Source: a bacterium (lineage in GTDB: Bacteria > UBA8248). From it: 64,000 nucleotides of DNA. A program made the translations under genes and the position numbers. The number at the start of each line of letters is the position of its first letter. Positions within the stretch are counted from its first letter, which is position 1. Below the pieces are notes generated by a model. That model saw nothing but the letters and a program-made list of their open reading frames with translations, was not told the DNA's origin and did not search any database. The stretch spans positions 1-64,000 of the forward strand of contig CBDATS010000005.1 of NCBI GenBank assembly GCA_965200245.1, written 5' to 3'. Shown in pieces: positions 53,397 to 63,850 of the stretch.

Positions 53397-55066
53397 CCGT
53401 TCACACCGCCGGCGGCTCCGTCCCTGCGCGGGTCTGCGACTCCGATGAATTCCCCGTCCTGGTGTGCGACCAGTTGAACGCAGCCCAGATAGAACGAGTA
53501 GGGCTCAAGGAGATTCACCCTGAAGCCGTGTCTCTGAAAGGCATCGGACATGTCGCTTCTCATACGTGATGCTTCCAGGGAAACCCGCCCGTTTACCGAG
53601 CAATGAAGACTCGGCGCGTCCACCGCCGCGAGCGGACTGCCCTTTCCCAGCCGGATGAGCACCTGAAGGATGGCGGATGTGATCCTTTCGCTGCCCGGCG
53701 AACCGATCGCCAGCCAGGGACGGTTTCCGCGGAACAAGATGGTCGGGGCCACGCTGGCCCAAGGAACTGCATTGGGGCGCAAATAATAGGGATGCGACAT
53801 GTCGGTAAATTCGAATGCGCTCAAATAGTTGTTGTACAGAAAACCCAGGTCGGGGTTCGCCTCGCATGAGCCGTACACGTTTTCGATTGACTGCGTCAGC
53901 GCCACGACGTTTCCCTCGTGGTCCATGGCCGAAAGATGTGTCGTCTCGCCGGTTCCGACGATGCGCTCGCGAATCTGGTGCGCCACCCGCGTCGCATACC
54001 TGGAACTGAGCATGGTCTTCTCCGTGACCTGGGAATAGAGATTCGGGTCAAAGGGACGATCGCGCCGATCCAGGAAGGCGCGTCGTATGGTTTCCGCGAA
54101 CAACACGGCACCGAGCGTACTGTCGATGTCCTGCATGGGTTTGGGCAGATGCTGGTAGATGTTCATCATTTCGATCAGGGTGCGGCCAGCACCGGGCGGC
54201 GGCATCGTGAATACGCGGTGTCCCTGGAAGCGGCCCGAAAGAGGATTTCTCTCCACAGGCCAGGGAATCCGCGAGAGGTCGTCCTGACGCAGGAACCCTC
54301 CGTTGCGCTTCATGTCCTCTTCAATGGAGCGCGCCATTTCTCCCTGGTAGAAGTCTTCGACACCCCGCCTCGCCAGTTGCCGCAGGGTTTCAGCCAGAAC
54401 GGGTTGGCAAAAAGTACTGCCCGCGCGATAGGAATTCCTGCCATCGCGGAGGAAAAAGGGAGCTGCCTGGGAACTGCGGAGATATTGCAGTTCCCGCCGC
54501 GTGAGGCGATACTGAAGGACGCTCACTTCATATCCCTCTTCCGCAAGGCGAACCGCTGGCTCGACAGTGCGAGACAGGTCGAGCTTTCCGTAGGTTCTGA
54601 GAGCGTAGTCGAGCACGGCCGGCGTGCTGGGTACGGTAGTGGCGCGGTGTCCACGGCGCCGTTCGGCAGACAGATTACGAAATTCCTCGATGTTCGCGCG
54701 GTTGGGCGCGCGAGACGAGCCGTCGAGGGCGATGGTACGGCCCGTGGCCGCGTGGTGGATGAGCATCATCGTCTGCCCGCCCAGACCCGAAGCCGCCGGT
54801 TCGCAGACGCCCAGGGCGAATGCGGCAGCAACGGCCGCGTCGATAGCGTTACCGCCGGCTCCCAGTACCTCGACGCCCGCGGCCGTCGCGCCGTAGTGCG
54901 CAGTGGAGATCATCCCGTGCGATGCGACCGCAACTCGCTGCGGTTCATGGATACGGTGGTCGCTCAGTTCAAGGAACTCCGTATCGACTTCCTGCCGGGT
55001 CTTGCGACGTGCGGCCGTTCTTGTGGTTTTCTTGGAATCTGTCTTTTTTGAGGATTCCGCATTCAT
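53393..55066 (-). CDS. gamma-glutamyltransferase family protein
   Basis: GGNAIDAAVA, SGLGG, nucleophile ETTHLS, GSPGS, GVADPRRDG. Confidence 0.93.
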   Translation of the reverse strand: MNAESSKKTDSKKTTRTAARRKTRQEVDTEFLELSDHRIHEPQRVAVASHGMISTAHYGATAAGVEVLGAGGNAIDAAVAAAFALGVCEPAASGLGGQTMMLIHHAATGRTIALDGSSRAPNRANIEEFRNLSAERRRGHRATTVPSTPAVLDYALRTYGKLDLSRTVEPAVRLAEEGYEVSVLQYRLTRRELQYLRSSQAAPFFLRDGRNSYRAGSTFCQPVLAETLRQLARRGVEDFYQGEMARSIEEDMKRNGGFLRQDDLSRIPWPVERNPLSGRFQGHRVFTMPPPGAGRTLIEMMNIYQHLPKPMQDIDSTLGAVLFAETIRRAFLDRRDRPFDPNLYSQVTEKTMLSSRYATRVAHQIRERIVGTGETTHLSAMDHEGNVVALTQSIENVYGSCEANPDLGFLYNNYLSAFEFTDMSHPYYLRPNAVPWASVAPTILFRGNRPWLAIGSPGSERITSAILQVLIRLGKGSPLAAVDAPSLHCSVNGRVSLEASRMRSDMSDAFQRHGFRVNLLEPYSFYLGCVQLVAHQDGEFIGVADPRRDGAAGGVNG

Positions 55067-55073
55067 TTTTCTC

Positions 55074-57221
55074 TCAGCCCCTGGTCCTGGAGGCGAGGTA
55101 TGTCGCAAGCAAGAGGGTACGCTGCACCAGGCTGATGCGTTCGATGGCCTCCTGGGGCGTGCCCGCATCGATGGTTGTTGGTCCGATGCCGCATACGAAC
55201 GGAGTGGCATGGGATATGAGGCCCGCCACACTGGGCCATGCGGAGGATTTGGCCCTCAAGGGAACCGAAAGGTCAGAAGCGATGCGCACGAGGGAATCGC
55301 ACAGTCGTCTCTGAACGGCGGTTCCGGCGAATGGAGGACGAACGGACTGCACGGAGAGGTCCCATTTCGGTCCTCCGCGTCCCAGGATGTCACGCATCTC
55401 TTCTTCGGCCCGATCGGCGATCTCCGAATCCCGGTAGTTCAACACAAGAGTTGCGGTTACCTTGTGCGGGAGCCGCATCGTGTGTCTTTGCGTCCGCATG
55501 TCGAAGATCGACAGTGCGATGCGCTCCTGCGGAGAGTTGACGCGCGAGAGGTCCTAGAGTTTTTCCATCGCCCACCGGATCACGGGCTCCCTGCGGGCTC
55601 CGCTGCTCAGGCTGAGGCTCTCTCCCATAATGTTGAGGGTGTAAATCCGCACGCCATTCCTGCGGGCGATGATACCGCCGCTGGTGGTGCCGGGCCGCAG
55701 GACGAATACCTCCTTCGCCTTTGCGGCGGCGGCCCGGATGAATCGCGCGCTGTGGCGTGCGCTTCGCCCTTCATCGGCATACAGGAGAACCCCGGCCTTC
55801 AAGTGGCGCAACCGCCGGATGCTTCTCAGGGAGCGAAACGCATACTCGAGTATCACGAGCGGGGCGCGCGAGCGACCCACACCTTCGCCGAAGAGGTGCT
55901 CGGGAGTTCTCCGGAATGGTTTATGCGCGGCGGTTGGCTCGATCGGGACGTCCAGCTGCGCGATGAACAGCACACCTCCTGCCATGCCCGCCTGCGTTTC
56001 CCAGGCAATGGTCTCAGGCTCGTCGGTGAACTCTCCTGCTTCCTTGAGACCCAGGTTTTCGAATGTTCGAGCCGCGTGCTCCGTAGCCTGACGGATTCCT
56101 ATCGGGTCGGAGGTACGGCTCGAGATACCGACCCATTGCCTGAGGCTGGCCTCAATCTGCCTTCGGCGTTGTGTGACGTAAGCGATGGCGTGGTTCTTGG
56201 GGTCGACCTTTTGCACGTCGAGTGAGACGGGCTGGGGCAACCCGAAATATCGCGCGTTGGCGACCTCGACGAGCCGGTTGGCAAACTTCTCGAAATCAAG
56301 TCCTACCGCGTTCGCCCCCACAAGATACGACCCGTGCTCTCCCAGGCTGGGCAAGCTGTTGATCTCGAGCACGTAGAAATTCCCCTCATCATTCATCCGC
56401 ATGTCCACACGGGCGCAGTCATAGAGATTGAGCGCCTTGAACGCCTGCACGGCGATCTTGCAGGCGTGATCGGTTTGCTCGGCAGAGAGGGGGGCCGGGC
56501 AGATGTGGGAAATCGTGCGCTCGCTTCTGCCGGTCTTGTCTTCATAAGTGTAGATTTTAGGGCCCTTGCCGAAATCGAGTTCGACCGGGGGGAACGCCTA
56601 GGGAGGGTTGTTTCCGAGCAGTCCGACGTTAATTTCGCGCCCCTCTATGTATTGCTTGACTAGGACAGCTTGCCGGAATCTGTCGAAGATGACTTTAGCG
56701 GCCTCCCTTAATTCCGATTCGTTGTGAACGACCTTGAGGCCGAACGATACCGCCTCGTTCTTCGGCTTGACGATAAGAGGGTAGCGAATGTCGGGGATGG
56801 GCGAATCCGGCGCCTCCAGCATGGCAAAGTCGGGTGTCGGGACGTTGTGCTGTTTCAGGATGATCTTGGCGACCGCCTTGTCCAGTGCCAGAGAGTGGCC
56901 AAGCGGCCCGGAGGCGACATATGGAATGCCAGCCATCTCGAGGATGCTCGGTACATGTGTGTAGCGGGCCTGCCCTTGGATGCCGTAGGAGACGTTGAAC
57001 ACCATGCCCGGTCGCTCACCCTCCACGACGCGGGGCATGAATTCCTCAAGGCGGTCGATCAACTGCTTGTCTCCCTCCAGGGAAACGACCTCGTGTCCTC
57101 CGTGACGGAGGGCGGTCGCTAGTCGTCGAATGGTCCTGAGACCGATCCTCTCCTGGTTCGGCATTCCGAAGAGGTTGATTACGTTTTTACTCTCCCTGTT
57201 GTAGACGATGGCGATCTTCAT
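55074..57221 (-). pseudogene. D-Ala-D-Ala-ligase-like ATP-grasp fused to an M20/M28-like domain; two in-frame TAG (56598-56600, 55554-55556)
   Basis: Three ORFs in one frame; LDKAVAK, PLIVKP.NE.VSFG, YIEGREI, RVDMR, LEINSLP; M20-like C-terminal half; AAGGAG RBS. Confidence 0.85.
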
Positions 57222-57995
57222 GTTTTCAGTAGCTCCTTCGAGTCCGATGCCTTCGACTTGCGAATTCCCGAGATGGTACACCGCGTGATGGCCAGCAAAT
57301 TTTCGAAGGGAATTGTATACGAAAATTCCGAAATGGGCGGCCTGTCCACCCTTCGGATCATCCACATATTTTACGTTCGGGTTATTGATCCTGAAACAGA
57401 ATTTAATTCCGCTTGGTTGGCGTGATGTTCCGGCTGTTTCCTCCCGTTGGTCGTTTTGGTTTATCGGTCATAATTATTCTCCACCCGTTTGGTTACGTGT
57501 CTTTGCTGCATTTATCGATTTTCTACACGTACCGATTTTGACCAGTTTCTCATTTTAGCAATCTCATCGGGATCATGAAAAACAGCATCCGGAACATTTG
57601 CGACCACGTCTCCGAAAATCCGATCATCCCTCGCTTTCCTGAAATTTTCAACTCACACTGTATTCTCTTTCGCTGACTTCAAGGGTTGAAACCAGGCGAA
57701 CATTATTGACCCTGAGGATAATTCGTTCCTTTGACGAGAAAAACCTCACAAAGAGTTATTTTGTAATGAATTCTGGCTAATCAGACCCCGGTGCGACGCT
57801 CCACCGGACCGATCAAGTAGACCCTTCGACCCACATCGTGCACCTTGCAAAGCATAGGAAAAACGGGCAAATGCGTGAAAATGGCGTTTTTCTCGCCGAG
57901 ACGTCCGGGGTTCTCTTGACACTCACAGGCCGTGTTGGTAGGTTCCCTGCCGTAAATTTCGTTACCGCAACTTCTCTCCTGAAGGATAGAAGGGT

Positions 57996-58259
57996 ATGAC
58001 CTCCAATCCTTCTCCAGAGTCGGGGCGAGGACGAAAAGCGAAGAAAACGTCCAATGCGCGGGACAAGAAGATTCGCAGGGGGGTGCGGAACGTACATCTT
58101 GCGACTTTGGGCTGGAATTTCGTGACGGCGCCGCTCGTTGGCGGCGGAATCGGGTATCTGTTCGATCGCTATGTCGGTACATATCCGTGGGCGATGGTAG
58201 TCGGATTGATATTGGGATTCGTTTCCGCTTTTATTGATCTCGTCAGAGGGGTTCGCTGA
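57996..58259 (+). CDS. AtpZ/AtpI family membrane protein
   Basis: GGGIGYLFDRY.GT.PW.MVVGLILG; first gene of the F0 operon. Confidence 0.85.
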   Translation: MTSNPSPESGRGRKAKKTSNARDKKIRRGVRNVHLATLGWNFVTAPLVGGGIGYLFDRYVGTYPWAMVVGLILGFVSAFIDLVRGVR

Positions 58260-58655
58260 ATGACAAACCAGGACCCGCCATCTCTCGTCCTCAAAAGCAT
58301 CTCGAATTCCGGCTGGTTGATACTGGCGCTCATGAGTGTCGGGGGCGTGATGCTGGGGAACCTTTCGACGGGCGCCGGTGTAGCAATTGGCGGGGCGTGT
58401 GGGCTTGGAAGTTTTCGGATGATGGATATATACTTCGCCCGCATTTTCCGTAAAAATATCAGTCGCCCCCCGTGGTGGCATCACATTCTATATGTTTTGA
58501 GATTTTTCGCCCTCATGGGTGTCGTGGCGTTCGCGATTGGCTGGATTCGGCTCCCCGCCGTGAGCGTGGTGATAGGGTTGACCATTCCGCCGTTGGCCAT
58601 ATTCATTCACGGGGCTCGCAGCGCCCTGCGGATACAAGGATCGACAAGAGCATAA
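58260..58655 (+). CDS. atpI: ATP synthase subunit I
   Basis: 4 TM helices, YVLRF; directly before atpB. Confidence 0.8.
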   Translation: MTNQDPPSLVLKSISNSGWLILALMSVGGVMLGNLSTGAGVAIGGACGLGSFRMMDIYFARIFRKNISRPPWWHHILYVLRFFALMGVVAFAIGWIRLPAVSVVIGLTIPPLAIFIHGARSALRIQGSTRA

Positions 58656-58658
58656 CAA

Positions 58659-59378
58659 ATGGAAAAATTTCACCCGTTCCTGTATTTTGACATCTTCCCG
58701 GGGCTGTCCGCATACCCGAACATCGTTTACAGCTGGCTGGTAATGGTGTTCCTCATTGTGAGTTCACTGCTCATCACCAAGGCCCTGCAAAAGATTCCCG
58801 TTGGCGGGCAAAACCTGTTCGAGGCAATTTTCGACGGTTTTTCCGCCTTCATGGAAGGCCCCCTCGGCAATGAGGGGCGACCCTTCTTCCCCCTCGTATT
58901 CACACTGGGAACCTACATTTTCCTGTGCAACGTAATCGGAATCCTGCCGGGCTTCATGGCGCCGACGAGCAACCTGAACACCAACGTGGGTTGCGCACTC
59001 ACCGTATTTTTCGCCACGCATTACGTAGGACTCAAGAGAAACGGCATGGAATACCTGAAGCATTTCACGGGCCCCATCATCTGGCTCGCGCCGCTCATGA
59101 TTCCCATCGAAATAATTTCTCATCTCAGTCGCCCCCTTTCACTCACCTTGCGTCTTTTCGGAAACATTACGGGCGAGGAATTGGTCCTCGGTGTTTTGAT
59201 GCTCCTGTGCCTTCAGATTTTCCTGCCCGTTCCCTGGGCGATGCAGATGTTCGTGATTTTCGGAAGTTTCATTCAGGCTTTTGTTTTCACCCTCCTGACC
59301 ATGATATATATCGCCGGGTCTCTCGAAGGGCACGACCACGACGAAGAACATGGCCATGAGGCCGCCCACGCTCATTAA
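58659..59378 (+). CDS. atpB: F0 ATP synthase subunit a
   Basis: PTSNLN, RPLSLTLRLFGN, IQAFVF.LL. Confidence 0.97.
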   Translation: MEKFHPFLYFDIFPGLSAYPNIVYSWLVMVFLIVSSLLITKALQKIPVGGQNLFEAIFDGFSAFMEGPLGNEGRPFFPLVFTLGTYIFLCNVIGILPGFMAPTSNLNTNVGCALTVFFATHYVGLKRNGMEYLKHFTGPIIWLAPLMIPIEIISHLSRPLSLTLRLFGNITGEELVLGVLMLLCLQIFLPVPWAMQMFVIFGSFIQAFVFTLLTMIYIAGSLEGHDHDEEHGHEAAHAH

Positions 59379-59425
59379 CAATAACGGTCCATACAGGAAT
59401 CACCTTCAACAAGGAGAAGTAAGGG

Positions 59426-59746
59426 ATGAAACGTTTGGGGATTATCGGATTTGCGCTAGCCAGCTTCGTAGCCGTGGCCACCAATGCCTTCGCCGCTGCA
59501 GCCGGCGACGCCGGAAACAGTGAAGTTCTGAAATGGAGAATGATCTCCTCCTCGTTCGCTCTGGCCATCGCCGCTGCAGCCGGCGCTTTCGCCCAGAGCA
59601 GGAGCATTGCCAGCGCACTGGACGGCACGGCACGGAACCCGGGAGCTGGCGGCGACCTGCGCGTGTCGATGATCATCGGTCTCGCCTTGATCGAGTCCCT
59701 TGTAATTTATACGTTCGTTATCTGCCTCATCATCATCCTTGGCTAG
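59426..59746 (+). CDS. atpE: F0 ATP synthase subunit c with N-terminal leader
   Basis: ARNP loop, LALIESLVIY. Confidence 0.95.
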   Translation: MKRLGIIGFALASFVAVATNAFAAAAGDAGNSEVLKWRMISSSFALAIAAAAGAFAQSRSIASALDGTARNPGAGGDLRVSMIIGLALIESLVIYTFVICLIIILG

Positions 59747-59765
59747 ATAAACCCGGATACGCAAG

Positions 59766-59804
59766 ACACGCAAGGGGGGGGCCTGATGGCTCCCCCTTGC
59801 GTGT
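59766..59804 (+). terminator. long hairpin after atpE
   Basis: acacgcaagggg...ccccttgcgtgt stem. Confidence 0.6.
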
Positions 59805-60002
59805 TGTTCGACGCTAGTTGTCACAAGCAGCGCTTGTGGGGATTCCTTCCAGATAAATTCACTTCAGGCTTCTCTTTTCCGCTTCCGCCGGATCCACCAC
59901 TTGCCCTACTCGGCAAAACGCATAGAATCAAATCTCGTTCGGGTAACTGCGTACTCTGTGTAGACTCTTTTTTCCTCTGAATTGCGGGTGCACAAAAAGT
60001 CG

Positions 60003-60643
60003 ATGTGGGAAAATACGAAAACAAGAATTCCAGAAGCTACCGTCAACCGATTGTCAAAATACGCCCGCATACTGGAACAGGCGCAATACGAGGGGGCTGA
60101 ACTCATCGCGTCCGCCGATTTGGCGCAACGCTGCGGTTTCAAGCCTGCGCAAATCAGAAAAGATCTCGCATACTTCGGCGAATTCGGCGTCCGCGGGAAG
60201 GGATATTACATCAAGGAGTTGAAGGACAATCTGAAAAAAATCCTGGGTGTAACCCACACATGGAAAGTCGTGCTCGTAGGAGCGGGAAACCTCGGTTCGG
60301 CCCTGCTGGCGTATAAGGGTTTTCTGGCACATGGATTCGAGATCGACGCAGTATTCGATAAATTCCCCGAAAAAATACCCCCTCACCGCATCGGCTCGCT
60401 TCGCGTGTTGCCGATGTCGGATTTGCACAAGGTAGTGAAAAAAAACAAAGCAAGATAGGCATCATCGCGGTACCGAGTGAAAGCGCGCAAATCGTAGGAT
60501 CGGCGCTCGTGAGCGCCGGCATTACCGGCATATTGAATTTTGCGCCCACCCAGGTTCAGGCGCCACCTCATGTGAAAGTGAAAAACGTGGATTTGGGCAG
60601 TGAGCTGGAACATCTCTCCTTTTATCTTTCCAAAAACCCGTGA
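60003..60643 (+). CDS. rex: redox-sensing transcriptional repressor Rex; frameshift in the A-run at about 60438-60445
   Basis: [30 protein letters not shown]; C-terminus IGIIAVP..AQ...GILNFAP...VDL in the shifted frame. Confidence 0.93.
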
Positions 60644-60657
60644 GGACTTGCACCCGC

Positions 60658-61401
60658 ATGGATGAACCACGCTATATCCTGGCTTTCGACACTTCTCTCT
60701 CGAAAGGAAGGTGCTCTTTGTTTTGCCCGGCGGAAGAAGCCGAGGAAGAGGCACTTCTCTCGGAAGAAATCCGAATTTCCAGGACACTCTTGCCGCAGGT
60801 AGAGCAAATTCTGAAATCAAGGAACATTCGCGCCCATATGATTCAGGCCATCGGAGTGAGCATCGGCCCGGGAACATTCACAGGACTGCGTGTCGGACTT
60901 TCTAGCGCCGAAGGGCTTTCACTGGGCTGGGACTGCCCGCTGTATGGTTTTTCATCGCTGGAAATCATGGCGATGGCTACCCTGCAAAATGCAATACGAA
61001 CGACCCAAAACCTGCCCGATTATATTCTGCCCTACCGGGATGCTCGATACGGAGAATTGTTTACCGCGTTGTTTCAGGTAACCGCAGACCCGGTTTCATC
61101 TCTTGGATTCACCCTCACCCGCGTGCGGGAGGACGAGGTCATCTCCCTGGAAGAGTTTTGTCCCCCTGCCGAAGGCGACACGCTGTTAACAGGAAGAAAA
61201 GAAGAATTGCCCGAGAACATTGCTTTCGCAGCTTCTCATGAATCGGGCAGTCACCATGAAATGGACTGCTCGGCCGCTGCAACTGCATGGCTGACCTACA
61301 ATGCGCTGCAGAACCGTTCACACCCGAACAGCACCGATATATCGCTGAATTACTGCCGGAAATCGCAGGCGCAAACCAAATGGCCTGAACGACAGGGTTG
61401 A
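60658..61401 (+). CDS. tsaB: tRNA threonylcarbamoyladenosine biosynthesis protein TsaB
   Basis: ILAFDTS, GPGTFTGLRVG, DAR.GE. Confidence 0.9.
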   Translation: MDEPRYILAFDTSLSKGRCSLFCPAEEAEEEALLSEEIRISRTLLPQVEQILKSRNIRAHMIQAIGVSIGPGTFTGLRVGLSSAEGLSLGWDCPLYGFSSLEIMAMATLQNAIRTTQNLPDYILPYRDARYGELFTALFQVTADPVSSLGFTLTRVREDEVISLEEFCPPAEGDTLLTGRKEELPENIAFAASHESGSHHEMDCSAAATAWLTYNALQNRSHPNSTDISLNYCRKSQAQTKWPERQG

Positions 61402-61508
61402 TTCTCCGTTCAACATTTCGTAGGTTAGAAGATCATTCTCTGGGTGAATTCAACGGCAAATACAGGGTTTTGAACTTTCATCGCAGATGCTCGAAAGGAG
61501 ACCGATCA

Positions 61509-61715
61509 TTGGAAACAACTGAAAAAGTTCAGGAAGCACTGAATGCAGATGATGAACTCGAAGGTCTGAGAAAAAAACACGCCATTCTGGATGAAAAAAT
61601 TCTCGCACTCGAAGAGATTCGGTTCCCGTCTTCACAGGAGCAACAGGAAATAAAGTTGCTCAAAAAAGAAAAGCTCGCAATCAAGACACAGTTGGAAACC
61701 ATGGAGAATCATTGA
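61509..61715 (+). CDS. DUF465/YdcH family small protein
   Basis: L..KH..LD..I...EIK.LKKEKL.IK; AAGGAG RBS before TTG. Confidence 0.8.
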   Translation: METTEKVQEALNADDELEGLRKKHAILDEKILALEEIRFPSSQEQQEIKLLKKEKLAIKTQLETMENH

Positions 61716-61931
61716 AGTCGCGACTTCATCCGAAAACACCAGGAACAGATTTTACGTTTTCAACCTTGACCAGTATGAAAAACCTGCAGTAGTATCACGC
61801 GTCGCGTTATTGAAACGTCAGGGTGAATGATTCACCCGAGGCGTGACCGAAACTTGGGCGCACAAATCATCAAGGGAAACGGCCATATGGGTCCGGGGAA
61901 AATGTTGTGGAATAAGGAGTCTGGCGTAGGA

Positions 61932-61975
61932 AGGGGGCGGTGCGCCCTCACGCGCCGTCCCCTGATTTCTTCTTA
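61932..61975 (+). terminator. terminator-like hairpin in the ilvB leader region
   Basis: agggggcggtgcg-ccctca-cgcgccgtcccct followed by gatttcttctt. Confidence 0.5.
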
Positions 61976-62059
61976 ACGACCTGCCGGCATCATCGGCATT
62001 TTTCGGATCAACTTCATTGCCAGAGAGTGAAAAAATTCAACTGGCTGAGAGGACTGGCC

Positions 62060-63838
62060 GTGGCGACAAAGGCGAAAAGCCAACCTGCTAAACAACCTGC
62101 AAAACTGAAACCGAAAAAAATCCCAGGGGCCGAGATTATCTATCGCGGCCTTGAGCGAGAGGGTGTGGAGTACGTATTCGGACATCCAGGTGCCATACTT
62201 CTTACGCTTCTGGACCTGTTTCTCGAAAGAAGCAACATCAAGCATCTGCTCATACGGCACGAGCAATGCGCCGCGCACATGGCCGAGGGATATGCCCGCG
62301 CCAGCGGCAAGGTCGGCGTATGTCTTACCACTTCCGGTCCGGGCGCCACGAATCTCATCACGGGCATTACGGACGCCTACATGGATTCCATTCCGATCGT
62401 CTGCCTCACGGGACAGGTGGCCACCACGATGGTGGGAAACGATGCCTTCCAGGAAGCCGACATCGTCGGAATGACCAGGACCGTCACCAAACACAGCTAT
62501 CTGGTGAAGAGCACCGATGAACTTGCCGAAACGATCCAGGAGGCTTTCTACATCGCACGCACGGGAAGGCCGGGCCCGGTCCTGGTCGACTTGCCCAAAG
62601 ATGTCCTCTTGGGCGATGGACATTACGAAATCCCGGAAAAAGTGGATTTGCGCGGCTACAAACCCACGACCAAAGGGCACCCCAGACAAATCCAGCGTGT
62701 GGCCGAAGCCATCAAGGAATCCAGACAGCCACTCCTCTACGTCGGCGGCGGCGCCATTCATGCGGAAGCGCATGAGGAAATTCTCAAACTCGCGGAAACA
62801 GCGGAAATTCCGGTCACATACACTCTTTTGGGAGCAGGTGCTTTCCCGAGCGCGCACGAGCTGTCATTGGGCATGCTCGGCATGCACGGAACGGCATACG
62901 CCAACTATGCAACCATGGAGTGTGATTTGCTCATCGCTGTCGGCGCGAGGTTCGACGACCGCGTTACAGGAAAGGTATCAGAATTCGCCAGCCGGGCGAA
63001 AATCATCCACATTGACATAGACCCCACGGCCATCGGAAAAAACAAAGCCGCCGATATCCCGGTCGTCGGTGACGCGCGCCTGGTGCTCGCCGAGGTCAAC
63101 AAACTCATCAATCCTCAAAAACGCGCCCTCTGGAAAAAGCGAATCGAGAACCTGAGGGCGGAATACCCGCTCACGTTCGATTCCTCCGAAGGAGCGCCGA
63201 TCAAGCCGCAAGAGGCCATTGTCGCCTTGAGTGAGGAAGTGGGCGACAGGGCGATCATCACCACCGAGGTGGGACAACACCAGATGTGGGCTGCTCAATT
63301 TTACAGTTTCACATTCCCGCGCCAGTTTATCTCTTCGGGCGGGCTCGGAACCATGGGCTTCGGTTTTCCCGCAGCCATCGGCGTAGCACTGGCGAGACCG
63401 GATAAACTCGCCATCGACATTGCGGGAGACGGCAGTTTCCAGATGGTGATGCAAGAAATCGCTACTGCCGTTCAGTACAACATTCCAGTAAAGGTCTTTT
63501 TGTTGAATAACGCTACGTTGGGTATGGTTCGTCAATGGCAAGATTTGTTCATGGACCGGCGATTCAGCGAAGTGAATTTCGACGCCTCGCCCGATTACGT
63601 AAAGCTTGCGGAGGCATTCGGCGCCAATGGTCGACAGATTGTGCACAAGGAAGATTTGAGATCTGCTATCCAGGAAATGATTGCCACACCGGGGCCCTAC
63701 ATCCTGGATGTGATCGTCGACCCTGACGAGTTGGTCTTTCCAATGGTGCCCGCGGGCAGCGCGACAAAAGATATGATTGTTCGGGATACCCGGAAGAAAG
63801 TCCTTAGAGGCAAGCTCAGCGCATTGCCCGATAACTAG
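62060..63838 (+). CDS. ilvB: acetolactate synthase large subunit, biosynthetic type
   Basis: RHEQ, TSGPGATN, DAFQE, GMLGMHG, RFDDRVTG, GQHQMW, GDGSFQM, LGMVRQWQ. Confidence 0.97.
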   Translation: MATKAKSQPAKQPAKLKPKKIPGAEIIYRGLEREGVEYVFGHPGAILLTLLDLFLERSNIKHLLIRHEQCAAHMAEGYARASGKVGVCLTTSGPGATNLITGITDAYMDSIPIVCLTGQVATTMVGNDAFQEADIVGMTRTVTKHSYLVKSTDELAETIQEAFYIARTGRPGPVLVDLPKDVLLGDGHYEIPEKVDLRGYKPTTKGHPRQIQRVAEAIKESRQPLLYVGGGAIHAEAHEEILKLAETAEIPVTYTLLGAGAFPSAHELSLGMLGMHGTAYANYATMECDLLIAVGARFDDRVTGKVSEFASRAKIIHIDIDPTAIGKNKAADIPVVGDARLVLAEVNKLINPQKRALWKKRIENLRAEYPLTFDSSEGAPIKPQEAIVALSEEVGDRAIITTEVGQHQMWAAQFYSFTFPRQFISSGGLGTMGFGFPAAIGVALARPDKLAIDIAGDGSFQMVMQEIATAVQYNIPVKVFLLNNATLGMVRQWQDLFMDRRFSEVNFDASPDYVKLAEAFGANGRQIVHKEDLRSAIQEMIATPGPYILDVIVDPDELVFPMVPAGSATKDMIVRDTRKKVLRGKLSALPDN

Positions 63839-63850
63839 GAGGTTTCATCC

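Noticed and set aside
57600-60002. Rex operator (TTGTGAA-n4-TTCACAA) near atp or rex
   Set aside because: No convincing palindrome found
60438-60445. Phase-variable poly-A in rex
   Set aside because: An 8-nt A run in a conserved regulator; a homopolymer error is more parsimonious without read data
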